Shown: positions 44,187 through 52,943 of the stretch, one piece after another
Numbering within the stretch: the stretch's first letter is position 1
How the letters are laid out: each line of letters starts with the position of its first letter
Assembly (NCBI GenBank): GCA_041690355.1
Contig: JAWLHK010000018.1
Span: 1-64,000, forward strand
Length of the DNA: 64,000 nucleotides
Source: a bacterium
GTDB taxonomy: Bacteria > J088 > JAWLBW01
Direction: 5' to 3'
Notes under the pieces: generated by a model
What the model saw: only the letters and a program-made list of their open reading frames with translations
Told to the model about the DNA's origin: nothing
The model's database searches: none
Program-made: the position numbers and the translations under genes

Positions 44187-46493
44187 ATGCAAACGAGGTT
44201 GGATGTGAAGCGCGCCGCCTATTTTACGCTTTGTCTTGTCGTTGCTTGCACGCCCGCAAGCGAGCTCCCGATGGTTCCCGATGTATCGCAATGGTCGCAG
44301 CCGACAGAGGAAGCTGTCTCCTGGCCAAACGAAGCGGGCGCGCCAATCCCCGTACCCAACGCGTTGCGCGACCTTGATTGGCTTGCCGACCCGAGCGCCT
44401 TCGGTCACAGCGGGCCTCCAACGACTCGTGAGAAAGCGGGAAGCTTCGGCATCGGCAACGGTCGAGTGTTCGGTCTGATAGGCCTCGACGAGCCGCGCAA
44501 TACTTTAACGAACGCGATTGGCCCCGGCTACCAGATAAACGCCGGCTTCTTCGGCGACAGCTCCATCCACCTGCTTCAGGCGGGTACGGAGGCGCCGATC
44601 GAACACGAACAAGCGCAGCGGCCCCGCCGAACCGCGATTGTCAGAACGCTCGTCGCCTCCGGCGATCTTTCGGTCGAGACCACAGACGTGGCTCCCCCCG
44701 GTCACGACGTGATTATGCGATTTATCACGGTTCGGAACGCCGGTTTTATGCCCGTCGATGAATTGGCGCTGAAGATCGCTCTATCGCGGGGAAAAGAGGA
44801 GCCGGCCGCTTACAGTGTCGATGCGCTTCTTCAAGAACGCGGCCGCCACAAACTGCGTATCGAGTGTCCGAATACCGGGGCAACGGCCTACCCGTCAACG
44901 ATGACGTTTCCCGTCGGAACCCTCGGTCCGGACGAAGAAAAAAGCTTCGTATGTTGGTACCTCTTCGGCGGGGCGGCCGTTCCCACGGACTCGCCGGTTG
45001 ACTTGCTGTCTTCGTCACGAAAGCATACCGGCCGGATGCTCGACGAAGCCGTCAAACTCGAGACACCCGACCCCAAAGTCATTGATCTATACGAAGGGAT
45101 GCTCGTAACACTCGACGTGCAAACCGCCGAAAACGGCCTCGTTAGCCCGATGAACCGGTACACGTCGGGGTGGCTGCGTGACGCAGAAGGGCCAATTCGG
45201 CTGCTGCTTGCAGCCGGCCTGATTGAGCGCGCGCGTACAATTCTCGACGTGACCTACCGCTCGCTCGTCGTCTTGCATGGTATCGTGAATTCCTTTCCGC
45301 TCGATGTCGATATCTCGGGGTTTGAGGAACCTGTGGATCCCAAAACCTTTTGGGCCACCGCCGAAATGATGGGGAAATACGAAGCCGCCGAAGCGCCAAG
45401 CTACGCGACACTGCTGCATGACTTATGGATCCGTTATTCCGGCAACGAATCCATCCTGGATGCTCCGCGGATGGCCTTTTTGGAGGCGACGCTCCTTAGA
45501 CAAGAGGTGAGCGACGAAGGGCTCTTGCCCTTCAGTGGCGACGAAACCTTTCGATTCCCTTTTTTCTCCGGTAGAGGCAAGCTTCCCGAGATGGAGGGAT
45601 ACTCGGCGAACTCGTCATTTTTATTGGCGGCCGCCGCCGACCGGCTCACCGAACGCGGCGGAAGCCCCGAAGTCGCGGTCCTCGGCAAACGAGTTAGAAA
45701 AGCCGCCGAAGAGGTGTACTGGATCGCGGATGACGGATACTACGCTGCCACCGCGAGTTACGCCCACGCAAATCCTACGCCCGAGCCCTACGAAGATGTC
45801 GCGATGCAACCGCTCTGGACGGGATATGCGAAACCAAGCGAACCGAGTCAACAGCGCAACGTTAAAACCGCGCTGGATAGGCTGCTCACCGATGACACAC
45901 TCTTACACACACCGGGAACACTGACCTTCACCGGCATGGTTCCGGGTTTCCTTCTGTACAATCTCTCGCTTTTGAATCACCCCTTTGTTCATGACGCCTT
46001 TCACGCACTTGACGCTGTGGCAACCCCCTCCGGTCATTTCGAAGAAGGCCACATGCCCGATACTTCCGTGCACAGCCTGATTCACGCGCCCAACGGTCTC
46101 GGTGGTGATGCCTATGCCAGATACAGGCCTTGGGAAGGCGGCATCGTAGTGGCGGCGATGATCCACTATTTGACCGGATATCAACCTCGGGCCACATCCG
46201 CCCAGATGGATCTGGCGCCGAATCTTCCCCCTGGTTGGCACGAGACGGCCGTCCGCCAAATACGCTTTGGTAATGACTCGTTCGATTTGCAGGCCCAACG
46301 CTGGCAAGAGGGGCGAGTGGTCACAATCAGCCGAAGCGCAAACGATGGGCGAACGTGGAGGGTGCGTCTTGATCTGCGAGGTGACAAACGGTTTTCGGGC
46401 GTTTGGGTCGACGGTAATTATGTGGGCACGAGTGAAGCGGTCATGTTGCATCTCAAACCAGGCGCAAACCTGACTGTCGTAGGCGCCTACTGA
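44187..46493 (+). CDS. Lipoprotein, probable six-hairpin glycosidase-like fold
   Basis: VVAC lipobox; YTSGWLRDA (WxRD) motif; beta-rich termini. Confidence 0.55.
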   Translation: MQTRLDVKRAAYFTLCLVVACTPASELPMVPDVSQWSQPTEEAVSWPNEAGAPIPVPNALRDLDWLADPSAFGHSGPPTTREKAGSFGIGNGRVFGLIGLDEPRNTLTNAIGPGYQINAGFFGDSSIHLLQAGTEAPIEHEQAQRPRRTAIVRTLVASGDLSVETTDVAPPGHDVIMRFITVRNAGFMPVDELALKIALSRGKEEPAAYSVDALLQERGRHKLRIECPNTGATAYPSTMTFPVGTLGPDEEKSFVCWYLFGGAAVPTDSPVDLLSSSRKHTGRMLDEAVKLETPDPKVIDLYEGMLVTLDVQTAENGLVSPMNRYTSGWLRDAEGPIRLLLAAGLIERARTILDVTYRSLVVLHGIVNSFPLDVDISGFEEPVDPKTFWATAEMMGKYEAAEAPSYATLLHDLWIRYSGNESILDAPRMAFLEATLLRQEVSDEGLLPFSGDETFRFPFFSGRGKLPEMEGYSANSSFLLAAAADRLTERGGSPEVAVLGKRVRKAAEEVYWIADDGYYAATASYAHANPTPEPYEDVAMQPLWTGYAKPSEPSQQRNVKTALDRLLTDDTLLHTPGTLTFTGMVPGFLLYNLSLLNHPFVHDAFHALDAVATPSGHFEEGHMPDTSVHSLIHAPNGLGGDAYARYRPWEGGIVVAAMIHYLTGYQPRATSAQMDLAPNLPPGWHETAVRQIRFGNDSFDLQAQRWQEGRVVTISRSANDGRTWRVRLDLRGDKRFSGVWVDGNYVGTSEAVMLHLKPGANLTVVGAY

Positions 46494-46671
46494 GATCGCG
46501 CATTGCAAACCCTTTGTCGTTGATGGGGGCAGAAGCGTTGACTACCTGACGGACGAGCCCCAGAGACGCGCCGTGAATACCAATCATGTCAAAAAGTGCA
46601 CCGCTATGCGCGTCCACTTGGAGGCGGTGTCAGGCGTAGAGGCCACTGGTTACAGTACGTGGGAGAATCTG

Positions 46672-46931
46672 CGGATCTCGGCAGATTGGCTGCTCCAGGG
46701 CCCCCGGGGTGACGAGCGCAACGCGGCTGGCTAAAAGGAGCATCATTCTCGACAGGGCGGGAAGCGCGTGGTCCTTGGCTAATTCCGTTGCCGTTTCATC
46801 GTATTCAGCCATATCTCGGGAGTCGCAATAGGTTGAACACGACCGGCTATGCACGCTTCGACGATTCGACGCGGCAGTCCGCCAAAAAACAGGCCAGAAA
46901 GTAAGACGTTTGTGTCGAGTACGATCTTCAC
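46672..46931 (-). pseudogene. PIN-family toxin pseudogene (frameshifted and truncated)
   Basis: GTG 46931 gives MKIVLDTNVLLSGLFFGGLPRRIV; homology continues in another frame near 46812 (AEYDE...ICRDP) and then stops. Confidence 0.8.
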
Positions 46932-47194
46932 TTTCGGCCGCGAACCCGGCGAATGGCTTTCGATATATCCTTTGGGCGAAGACCGGACGCGCGCGCCTGT
47001 TCTTGGAGTGCTTCGCTTAGAACCTTGAATTCACGAGCGGACGGGAGAGAAATCACTTTCAGCATGAGTGAATCACCCTCTGAAACCACCACAAATTCGA
47101 CGCCCTCTTCCAGGCCCATTTTGTCCCGTATGGATTGCGGGATGACGACCTGGCCGCGGGAGGACATTCTGGTTGTTGCGAGTGATGGGGGCAT
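46928..47194 (-). CDS. AbrB/MazE/SpoVT family antitoxin
   Basis: TTRMSSRGQVVIPQSIRDKMGL; GTGA overlap with the PIN start. Confidence 0.92.
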   Translation of the reverse strand: MPPSLATTRMSSRGQVVIPQSIRDKMGLEEGVEFVVVSEGDSLMLKVISLPSAREFKVLSEALQEQARASGLRPKDISKAIRRVRGRK

Positions 47195-47302
47195 CGGTGG
47201 CTCCTAATCTTACTAGTAAGATTGAACCACGAAATCATCCGTTGTAGGTGCTTCCAAGCAACGGCCATTGAACCGGCCCGCGGTCCGCTCGAGCGGCTTG
47301 TT

Positions 47303-47470
47303 CCAGCCTGAAAGCCGAGCACCGCACGCCGCCGTTCTTCACGAGCGCGCGCGCATCGGCCGCGGCCAGTTTCTGCCGGCGGGCGAGCCCGTCGGCAAGC
47401 GGGTGACCGTCTTCTTCGGGCCCGGCGCGGAATTGGAAGCGGTCGGCCATGGGGGCAGTGTAGCAGAGGG
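47303..47470 (-). pseudogene. Duplicated 5' end (~43 codons) and promoter of the RluA-family gene
   Basis: MADRFQFRAGPEEDGHPLADGLARRQKLAAADARALVKNGGVR, near-identical to the start of the gene at 38564; TGCTACACT box retained. Confidence 0.88.
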
Positions 47471-47524
47471 GGTCGTCTGACCAGTGGACACGTGCTGGTC
47501 ACGAGCCGCCCTATTAATATCCGC

Positions 47525-47983
47525 ATGCGCCCGTACTGGAAAATCCTTGCCGGCCGGTTCCGGGGCACCGAGGTGATTGTCGCCGGCCTGTTCACGGCAA
47601 TGGCCTGGGAAATCTACCGCACCGAGGGGCCGGCGCGGGGGCTGATTTTCGCTGCCTACGGGACGGGGATCATGCTGCTGCGCCTGAGTGCTCCCGAGGG
47701 AGAAGCTCGGACCAACCGGTGGGGCAATTATCCGGTCCTTCCCGGCCGCAGGCCCGGGGGTGGGAGTCAACCCGGTTCCCGCGCCCGCCTTCAGGTCGCC
47801 GTTTTTGCGCTCGCCATCCTGCCGGCCGTGCTCACCGTGCATGCGCTGCTGAACGGCGCGCTGGGACTCGGCAACGCGGTGGGCGCCGTCGTCGCGTGCC
47901 TGCTGCTGCTCTTCGGCGGCGCGGGCGCTCTCCTGCTGTTGACGTGGAGCTTCGAGCGGTTTCTGGGAAGTGGGGAAGGGTAG
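47525..47983 (+). CDS. Small 4-TM membrane protein, copy 2
   Basis: Highly similar to 43603-44061. Confidence 0.7.
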   Translation: MRPYWKILAGRFRGTEVIVAGLFTAMAWEIYRTEGPARGLIFAAYGTGIMLLRLSAPEGEARTNRWGNYPVLPGRRPGGGSQPGSRARLQVAVFALAILPAVLTVHALLNGALGLGNAVGAVVACLLLLFGGAGALLLLTWSFERFLGSGEG

Positions 47984-48303
47984 CGGCCGGCATCAGCCCC
48001 GCTGCTCACATCCCACGAAGAAAACGTCCAGTGTTTCGCGCGCATCGGGCCATGTACGTTAGGGCGGCGACGATTTGCGCCGGACTACGTGTACGCTGCC
48101 ATCCGCCTGAACTACAGCGGCATCTTTGTCTGTTGGTGGGGCTCGGTGCGAGGTAGTTTGACGGGCTGCTTCACCGGCGGCTGCCCGGCAGTTTTTCAGA
48201 GCCTACAGATCGCTGAAGAAGCCGTTACCCGCAACTCCCGCGAGCTCCAGGCTGCCGTGTCCAAGCTTCAATGTTCCGTTCGTCCCTGCTACGATAATGC
48301 GCA

Positions 48304-49014
48304 ATGGCACAGAAAAAAGGCGCCGAACCACAACAAGACAGGGCCATAGAAGCCAAGCAGAAGATCCTCACTGCAGCGCTCGAAGAGTTTGCCGAGCACG
48401 GGTTTGACCGGGCTACGACGCGTTCAATCGCAAAACGCTCTGGCGAAAACGCGGCCATGATTCGCTATTACTTCGGTGACAAAGAGAACCTCTGGAAGGC
48501 TGCAATGGAGACGCTCTTTACGCGATTTCTGGGGCGCATTCAGAGCGCTTACGTCGAGGTCATGACGCTCCCGACAGAGCGGGTCGCGCGGGAAATGATG
48601 CATGCCTTCATTCGGGCGACGGCCGATTACCCTGAGACCATTCAGATTCTCGTAACCGAAAACATTCGAAAGACCGAGCGGCTCAGGTGGCTCGTCGAAA
48701 CGTACATACGCCCCGGTTTCGAGATGTTTCAGTCTGTATATCAGTCCGTATCGCCGCTATTTCGTGTTCCCGCCTATCCTGACGTGAATTTATTCTACGC
48801 AATGCTCGGCGCCGCAAGCCTCGTCTTTGCATCGAAGGAAGAGGTCAGAATCCTGTCGGGAGAGAACAACCTTACAGGCGAACAGCCTGTGGCTCAACAC
48901 GCCGATTTGATGTTGCAGTTATTCTTCAGCGACTCTGTTCGGGCATCCTGCCTGCCCCCAAAATCAAAACCGATGAAGAGTCGCTCCCCAAATCAACACG
49001 GGAAAAAACACTAG
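48304..49014 (+). CDS. TetR/AcrR family regulator
   Basis: ILTAALEEFAEHGFDRATTRSIA...IRYYFGDKENLW. Confidence 0.95.
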   Translation: MAQKKGAEPQQDRAIEAKQKILTAALEEFAEHGFDRATTRSIAKRSGENAAMIRYYFGDKENLWKAAMETLFTRFLGRIQSAYVEVMTLPTERVAREMMHAFIRATADYPETIQILVTENIRKTERLRWLVETYIRPGFEMFQSVYQSVSPLFRVPAYPDVNLFYAMLGAASLVFASKEEVRILSGENNLTGEQPVAQHADLMLQLFFSDSVRASCLPPKSKPMKSRSPNQHGKKH

Positions 49015-49157
49015 CATTCAAGTTCAAACTGACAACCGTTGAGGAGTGGGGCCGTAGCGCCTTGCCAGAAAGTTATCCATATGATTAACTATTGGGGCAG
49101 ATCGATAAGGACATTTCGTTGGAATATGGGGCGGCATCCGCCTCCATGGAGACTCCC

Positions 49158-50834
49158 ATGGCACGACTACAGATCAAGAAGAACGCGATAACGGCCAAAC
49201 GAGTATTCTGGCTGGGGGTATTTCTGACGACCCTTGGGTTACAGGCATGCAGCAGCAATGTGCCGGTCGATGATTCGAGATCGAATGCGAACCCTCCCCC
49301 CACAAACCCTCCCCCCACGACGGAAGAAGAACAGAGCGACCCAACAGGAACCGAGCCAGGCTTCGGAACGGAGCTTACGGTAACACCCGCCGATATCCTG
49401 TTGCCTCGTGGTGGTGAGCTCACACTCGCCTACGAAATTTTGCCCGAAGACGACTACTCGGGAAAAGTTCAAGCGACGGTAAGTGGACTACCAGCGGGTG
49501 TCGACTACACGGCCGATGACCTGTCGGGCACTCAAAAGTCCGGCATGCTCACCTTGACGGCGACCCATGCCGCGGTGGCCGGCGAATACACGCCGAAACT
49601 CGTTCTGTCGGACGGGAACAATACATTGGAAGCCGCGATCTCCCTACGGATTCCAGCATCCGGCTCTTACGTGAAAACGTTTGGCAACGCGGGTACCGCC
49701 GATGTGACGCTTCCCCTCAGCGGTATCCGACCCGTCGATTTTGAGGTGACCAGCGATCAGAGCATCATCATTCTTTCCGCCGTACCCAATGCGTCGGGCG
49801 CGATCTACCTGCAGAAGCTCGGCCAGAATGGAATGGTCGACCCGTCGTTCGGTGAAGCCGGGCTGATGAACGATGCCAATGCCGCGGAATATACATACAG
49901 CATCAAATCGCTGAAGGTCGACTCCCTCAACAGGATCTGGGTCTTCTACCGCAGCAACTCCAACTTTGTCGTGTCTCGCTATAACGCTTCAGGCTCTGTA
50001 GATACAAGCTTTGGAACGGATGGGACCACGACGGTTAACCTTGGCCTGAATGCCTATTTTTGGGACGCCGAGTTCGCTCAGAATGGGAAGCTCCTTCTCG
50101 CCGGCAGGGTCACTTGGGAAGGCATGATCCTTCGCGTGAACGACGACGGCTCGCTTGACGACTCATTCGGTACGAACGGAAGAGTTCTCGTTGGCTACGA
50201 TACCAATGCGAAGTGCGACGGTATCGCAATCGACAGCAACGGTCGACTCACTGCGTCGTGCAATACGACCAAGCGCATTGTGAACCTCATACGACTGCAG
50301 AACGACGGCAATATCGATACGTCGTTCGGTTACGCAGGTTACGTGCCCCTTACCGAAGATACAAACATCGATTCGTCGCTCGAAATTGACGGCGACGATC
50401 GCATCTATTACAGCACCGTGTACGAAGGGAAAAAAGCGCTGACGATTCAACGCTTCATGCCCAACGGGATCACGGATGCGACCTATGCGAACGCAGGAAC
50501 ATTTACGGCCGACACCACGGGCAGTGATTACGTGTACCCCTACTGGCACACCCATCTGGCACTCGATGGCGAGAACAACGCGTACGTCGTGTCGGGAAGT
50601 CCAGACAGCGCGGACTGGAACTTCGAACGTGGCTGGCTGTTCAAAGCCCTTGCTGACGGCACAAGCGATATGCAATTTGGCACGTCCGGAAAGGTGTGGA
50701 TCGATAGCTTCGACCCCAGCCTTTACTGGGTCGAGATCCTGCAGTTAGCCATTGCCGGCGATAAACTCCTCGTCCTCGAAGCACAGTTAGACAGCCAGCC
50801 TTACGGCGGCACGATACACGCTTTCTGGAAGTAA
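49158..50834 (+). CDS. Lipoprotein with delta-60-type beta-propeller repeats
   Basis: LQAC lipobox; repeated G.(V/L)D.SFG..G motifs. Confidence 0.8.
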   Translation: MARLQIKKNAITAKRVFWLGVFLTTLGLQACSSNVPVDDSRSNANPPPTNPPPTTEEEQSDPTGTEPGFGTELTVTPADILLPRGGELTLAYEILPEDDYSGKVQATVSGLPAGVDYTADDLSGTQKSGMLTLTATHAAVAGEYTPKLVLSDGNNTLEAAISLRIPASGSYVKTFGNAGTADVTLPLSGIRPVDFEVTSDQSIIILSAVPNASGAIYLQKLGQNGMVDPSFGEAGLMNDANAAEYTYSIKSLKVDSLNRIWVFYRSNSNFVVSRYNASGSVDTSFGTDGTTTVNLGLNAYFWDAEFAQNGKLLLAGRVTWEGMILRVNDDGSLDDSFGTNGRVLVGYDTNAKCDGIAIDSNGRLTASCNTTKRIVNLIRLQNDGNIDTSFGYAGYVPLTEDTNIDSSLEIDGDDRIYYSTVYEGKKALTIQRFMPNGITDATYANAGTFTADTTGSDYVYPYWHTHLALDGENNAYVVSGSPDSADWNFERGWLFKALADGTSDMQFGTSGKVWIDSFDPSLYWVEILQLAIAGDKLLVLEAQLDSQPYGGTIHAFWK

Positions 50835-50883
50835 TTCTCGCGAAGGCAAGAAAAACGATAAACCCAAAACAAGGCGAGGATAG

Positions 50884-51525
50884 ATGTCGACCTGCCAACC
50901 ATTCGCGATCATGCGACTCACCCATGAGGCCATCCGCAGAGGACTCGAAGCTCTGGAGCAGACGGCCGAAAACAAAGCCCCGGTCGAAGACCTGGAAAGT
51001 GCCTTTCAGTCGGTCTGGAACTGCATCCAGCTTCATGCCGCCCAGGAAGACAAGGTCTTCTATGGCGCACTGGAAGAACGGCACCCGGGCTTAACCGCAC
51101 CTTTCACGCAAGAGCACGATGCCGAGGCCAAGCAGATTGAGTTCATCGAGAAGCGCCTGAAGTCGTCTCAGCACGATGCCGAGGTCGCGCCCGAGCTCTA
51201 CGCGGACATTCTCTCCTTCATTCAAACCCACCGCGAACATTTGAAGCACGAAGAAGAAATTCTCATGGAGCTTCTCCCCAGGACCTTTACCTATCCCGAA
51301 TCGGTCGAGGTCGTACGCAAGATCCTCGCCTACGACATGCCGGTCTACCGCGAAATCGCCCCTTGGATTCTGGCTCGTCTCCAGGGCGGCCAGCGTGAAA
51401 CCTATCTTGGCATGGTGCAAGGTTGTTGCGCCAAAGAAGACTTGCCAGATGTACTGGAAAGCCTGAAGCCAGTCATGAGCAAGACTGAAGTGGAAGAATT
51501 ACAAGCGGTCGGCCGAATCGGGTAG
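50884..51525 (+). CDS. Hemerythrin (HHE) domain protein
   Basis: HEAIRR, LHAAQEDKVFY, EH and HREHLKHEEE ligand pattern. Confidence 0.88.
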   Translation: MSTCQPFAIMRLTHEAIRRGLEALEQTAENKAPVEDLESAFQSVWNCIQLHAAQEDKVFYGALEERHPGLTAPFTQEHDAEAKQIEFIEKRLKSSQHDAEVAPELYADILSFIQTHREHLKHEEEILMELLPRTFTYPESVEVVRKILAYDMPVYREIAPWILARLQGGQRETYLGMVQGCCAKEDLPDVLESLKPVMSKTEVEELQAVGRIG

Positions 51526-51548
51526 CCGGCTCAGAAAGAGGAATTTTC

Positions 51549-52943
51549 ATGTCAGAAACAACCGGCCACATCCTAACAAGCCTGGGCGAAACCGCCGCCC
51601 GGAATCTCGCCGACGTCACCAAGACACGCGCCAACATGGGCATCATCAGCCCGCGTTGGCTGTTGCGGATGTTGCCTTGGGTCGACGTTGAAGCCGGGAT
51701 GTACCGCGTCAACCGCGTACGCGTGGTCGGCGAGGAGTTCAGTCGTCTTGACCCTACGCTATTGCGTGAAACCCGTAAACCCTCAGCGAATCACCTGAAG
51801 TCGATTCCCCTCTTCCGTCACTTTTTGGATTCTGATCTCGAGGAACTTGCCAATGGGTTTCGCACCCGAGAGGTAGCACAATACGACGATATCCTCACCG
51901 AAGGCGAAGCCGGCGACGAGATGTGTCTCATCGTCGCCGGGAAAGTTGAAGTCTACCGCCAAAGCCCATCGGGAGAGCGGGCCGTACTCAACGTTCTCGG
52001 TTCAGGTGCGCATTTTGGTGAAGTCGCACTGCTTCGTGATGAACCACGCAATGCAAGCGTTCGAGCCATCACCCCGGCTACGTTACTTTCTATCGATAAA
52101 AAGTCATTTCAGAAGCTCCTGAAAAGAAACCCCCAACTGAAAGCCGCTGTCGAAGAGACCGCGGCCTACAGAACCGGGAAAGAAGAAGTCAGTGTCAATC
52201 TCACGACCGTCAATGCTGAAACGGAAGTCTCGTCGACGTTCGTTGACTATGAAGAAAATCCGAGACTGATCACGCTTTCTTCGATCACGACGACCCTGCG
52301 TGTGCAAACCCGGGTCATGGACCTCTATAAACAGCCCTACGACCAACTCCAGGAGCAGGCTCGCCTGGTCATCGAAGCGATCAAGGAGCGCCAGGAGTGG
52401 GAGTTGATCAACAATCCCGGTTTCGGCCTCTTCGCAAACGTCAGCGCTGCCATGCGAACACCGACCCGCTCGGGTCCGCCTACGCCCGAGGGCATGGATG
52501 AGCTGCTTTCGAAGGTCTGGAAAGAGCCGGCTTTCTTTCTGGCCCACCCGAGAGCCATCGCCGCATTCGGACGCGAGTGTACCGCCCGTGGCGTACCACC
52601 ACCTACGGTGACGTTGTTTGGGTCACCCTTTCTGACCTGGCGCGGAGTGCCATTGGTACCTTCAGACAAGATGCCCATTGACTTCAGCAGCGGTGTGCCC
52701 AAAACCAGGATCCTTCTCATGCGCGTGGGTGAAGAGAGGCAGGGCGTGGTCGCGCTTCGCCAGGCGAACGTCGGCGACGAGCGAATGCCCAGTATCGCGA
52801 TCCGCTTCAACGGTGTCGATCAAAACGCCGTCGCTAACTATCTTGTAAGCGCCTACTTTGCCCTGGCCACCTTGTCAGATGATGCGGTAGGGGTCTTGGA
52901 TGAGGTGGAGATCGGTCATTACTACGATAATGCAGGCAACTGA
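51549..52943 (+). CDS. Family 2B encapsulin shell protein (SrpI-like with inserted cNMP-binding domain)
   Basis: SLGETAARNLA..TK, RWLLRMLPWVDVEAGMYRVNR, insert with FGEVALL..PRNASV, TFVDYEENPR, LAHPRAIAAFGRECT.RGVPP, WRGVPLVPSDK. Confidence 0.92.
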   Translation: MSETTGHILTSLGETAARNLADVTKTRANMGIISPRWLLRMLPWVDVEAGMYRVNRVRVVGEEFSRLDPTLLRETRKPSANHLKSIPLFRHFLDSDLEELANGFRTREVAQYDDILTEGEAGDEMCLIVAGKVEVYRQSPSGERAVLNVLGSGAHFGEVALLRDEPRNASVRAITPATLLSIDKKSFQKLLKRNPQLKAAVEETAAYRTGKEEVSVNLTTVNAETEVSSTFVDYEENPRLITLSSITTTLRVQTRVMDLYKQPYDQLQEQARLVIEAIKERQEWELINNPGFGLFANVSAAMRTPTRSGPPTPEGMDELLSKVWKEPAFFLAHPRAIAAFGRECTARGVPPPTVTLFGSPFLTWRGVPLVPSDKMPIDFSSGVPKTRILLMRVGEERQGVVALRQANVGDERMPSIAIRFNGVDQNAVANYLVSAYFALATLSDDAVGVLDEVEIGHYYDNAGN

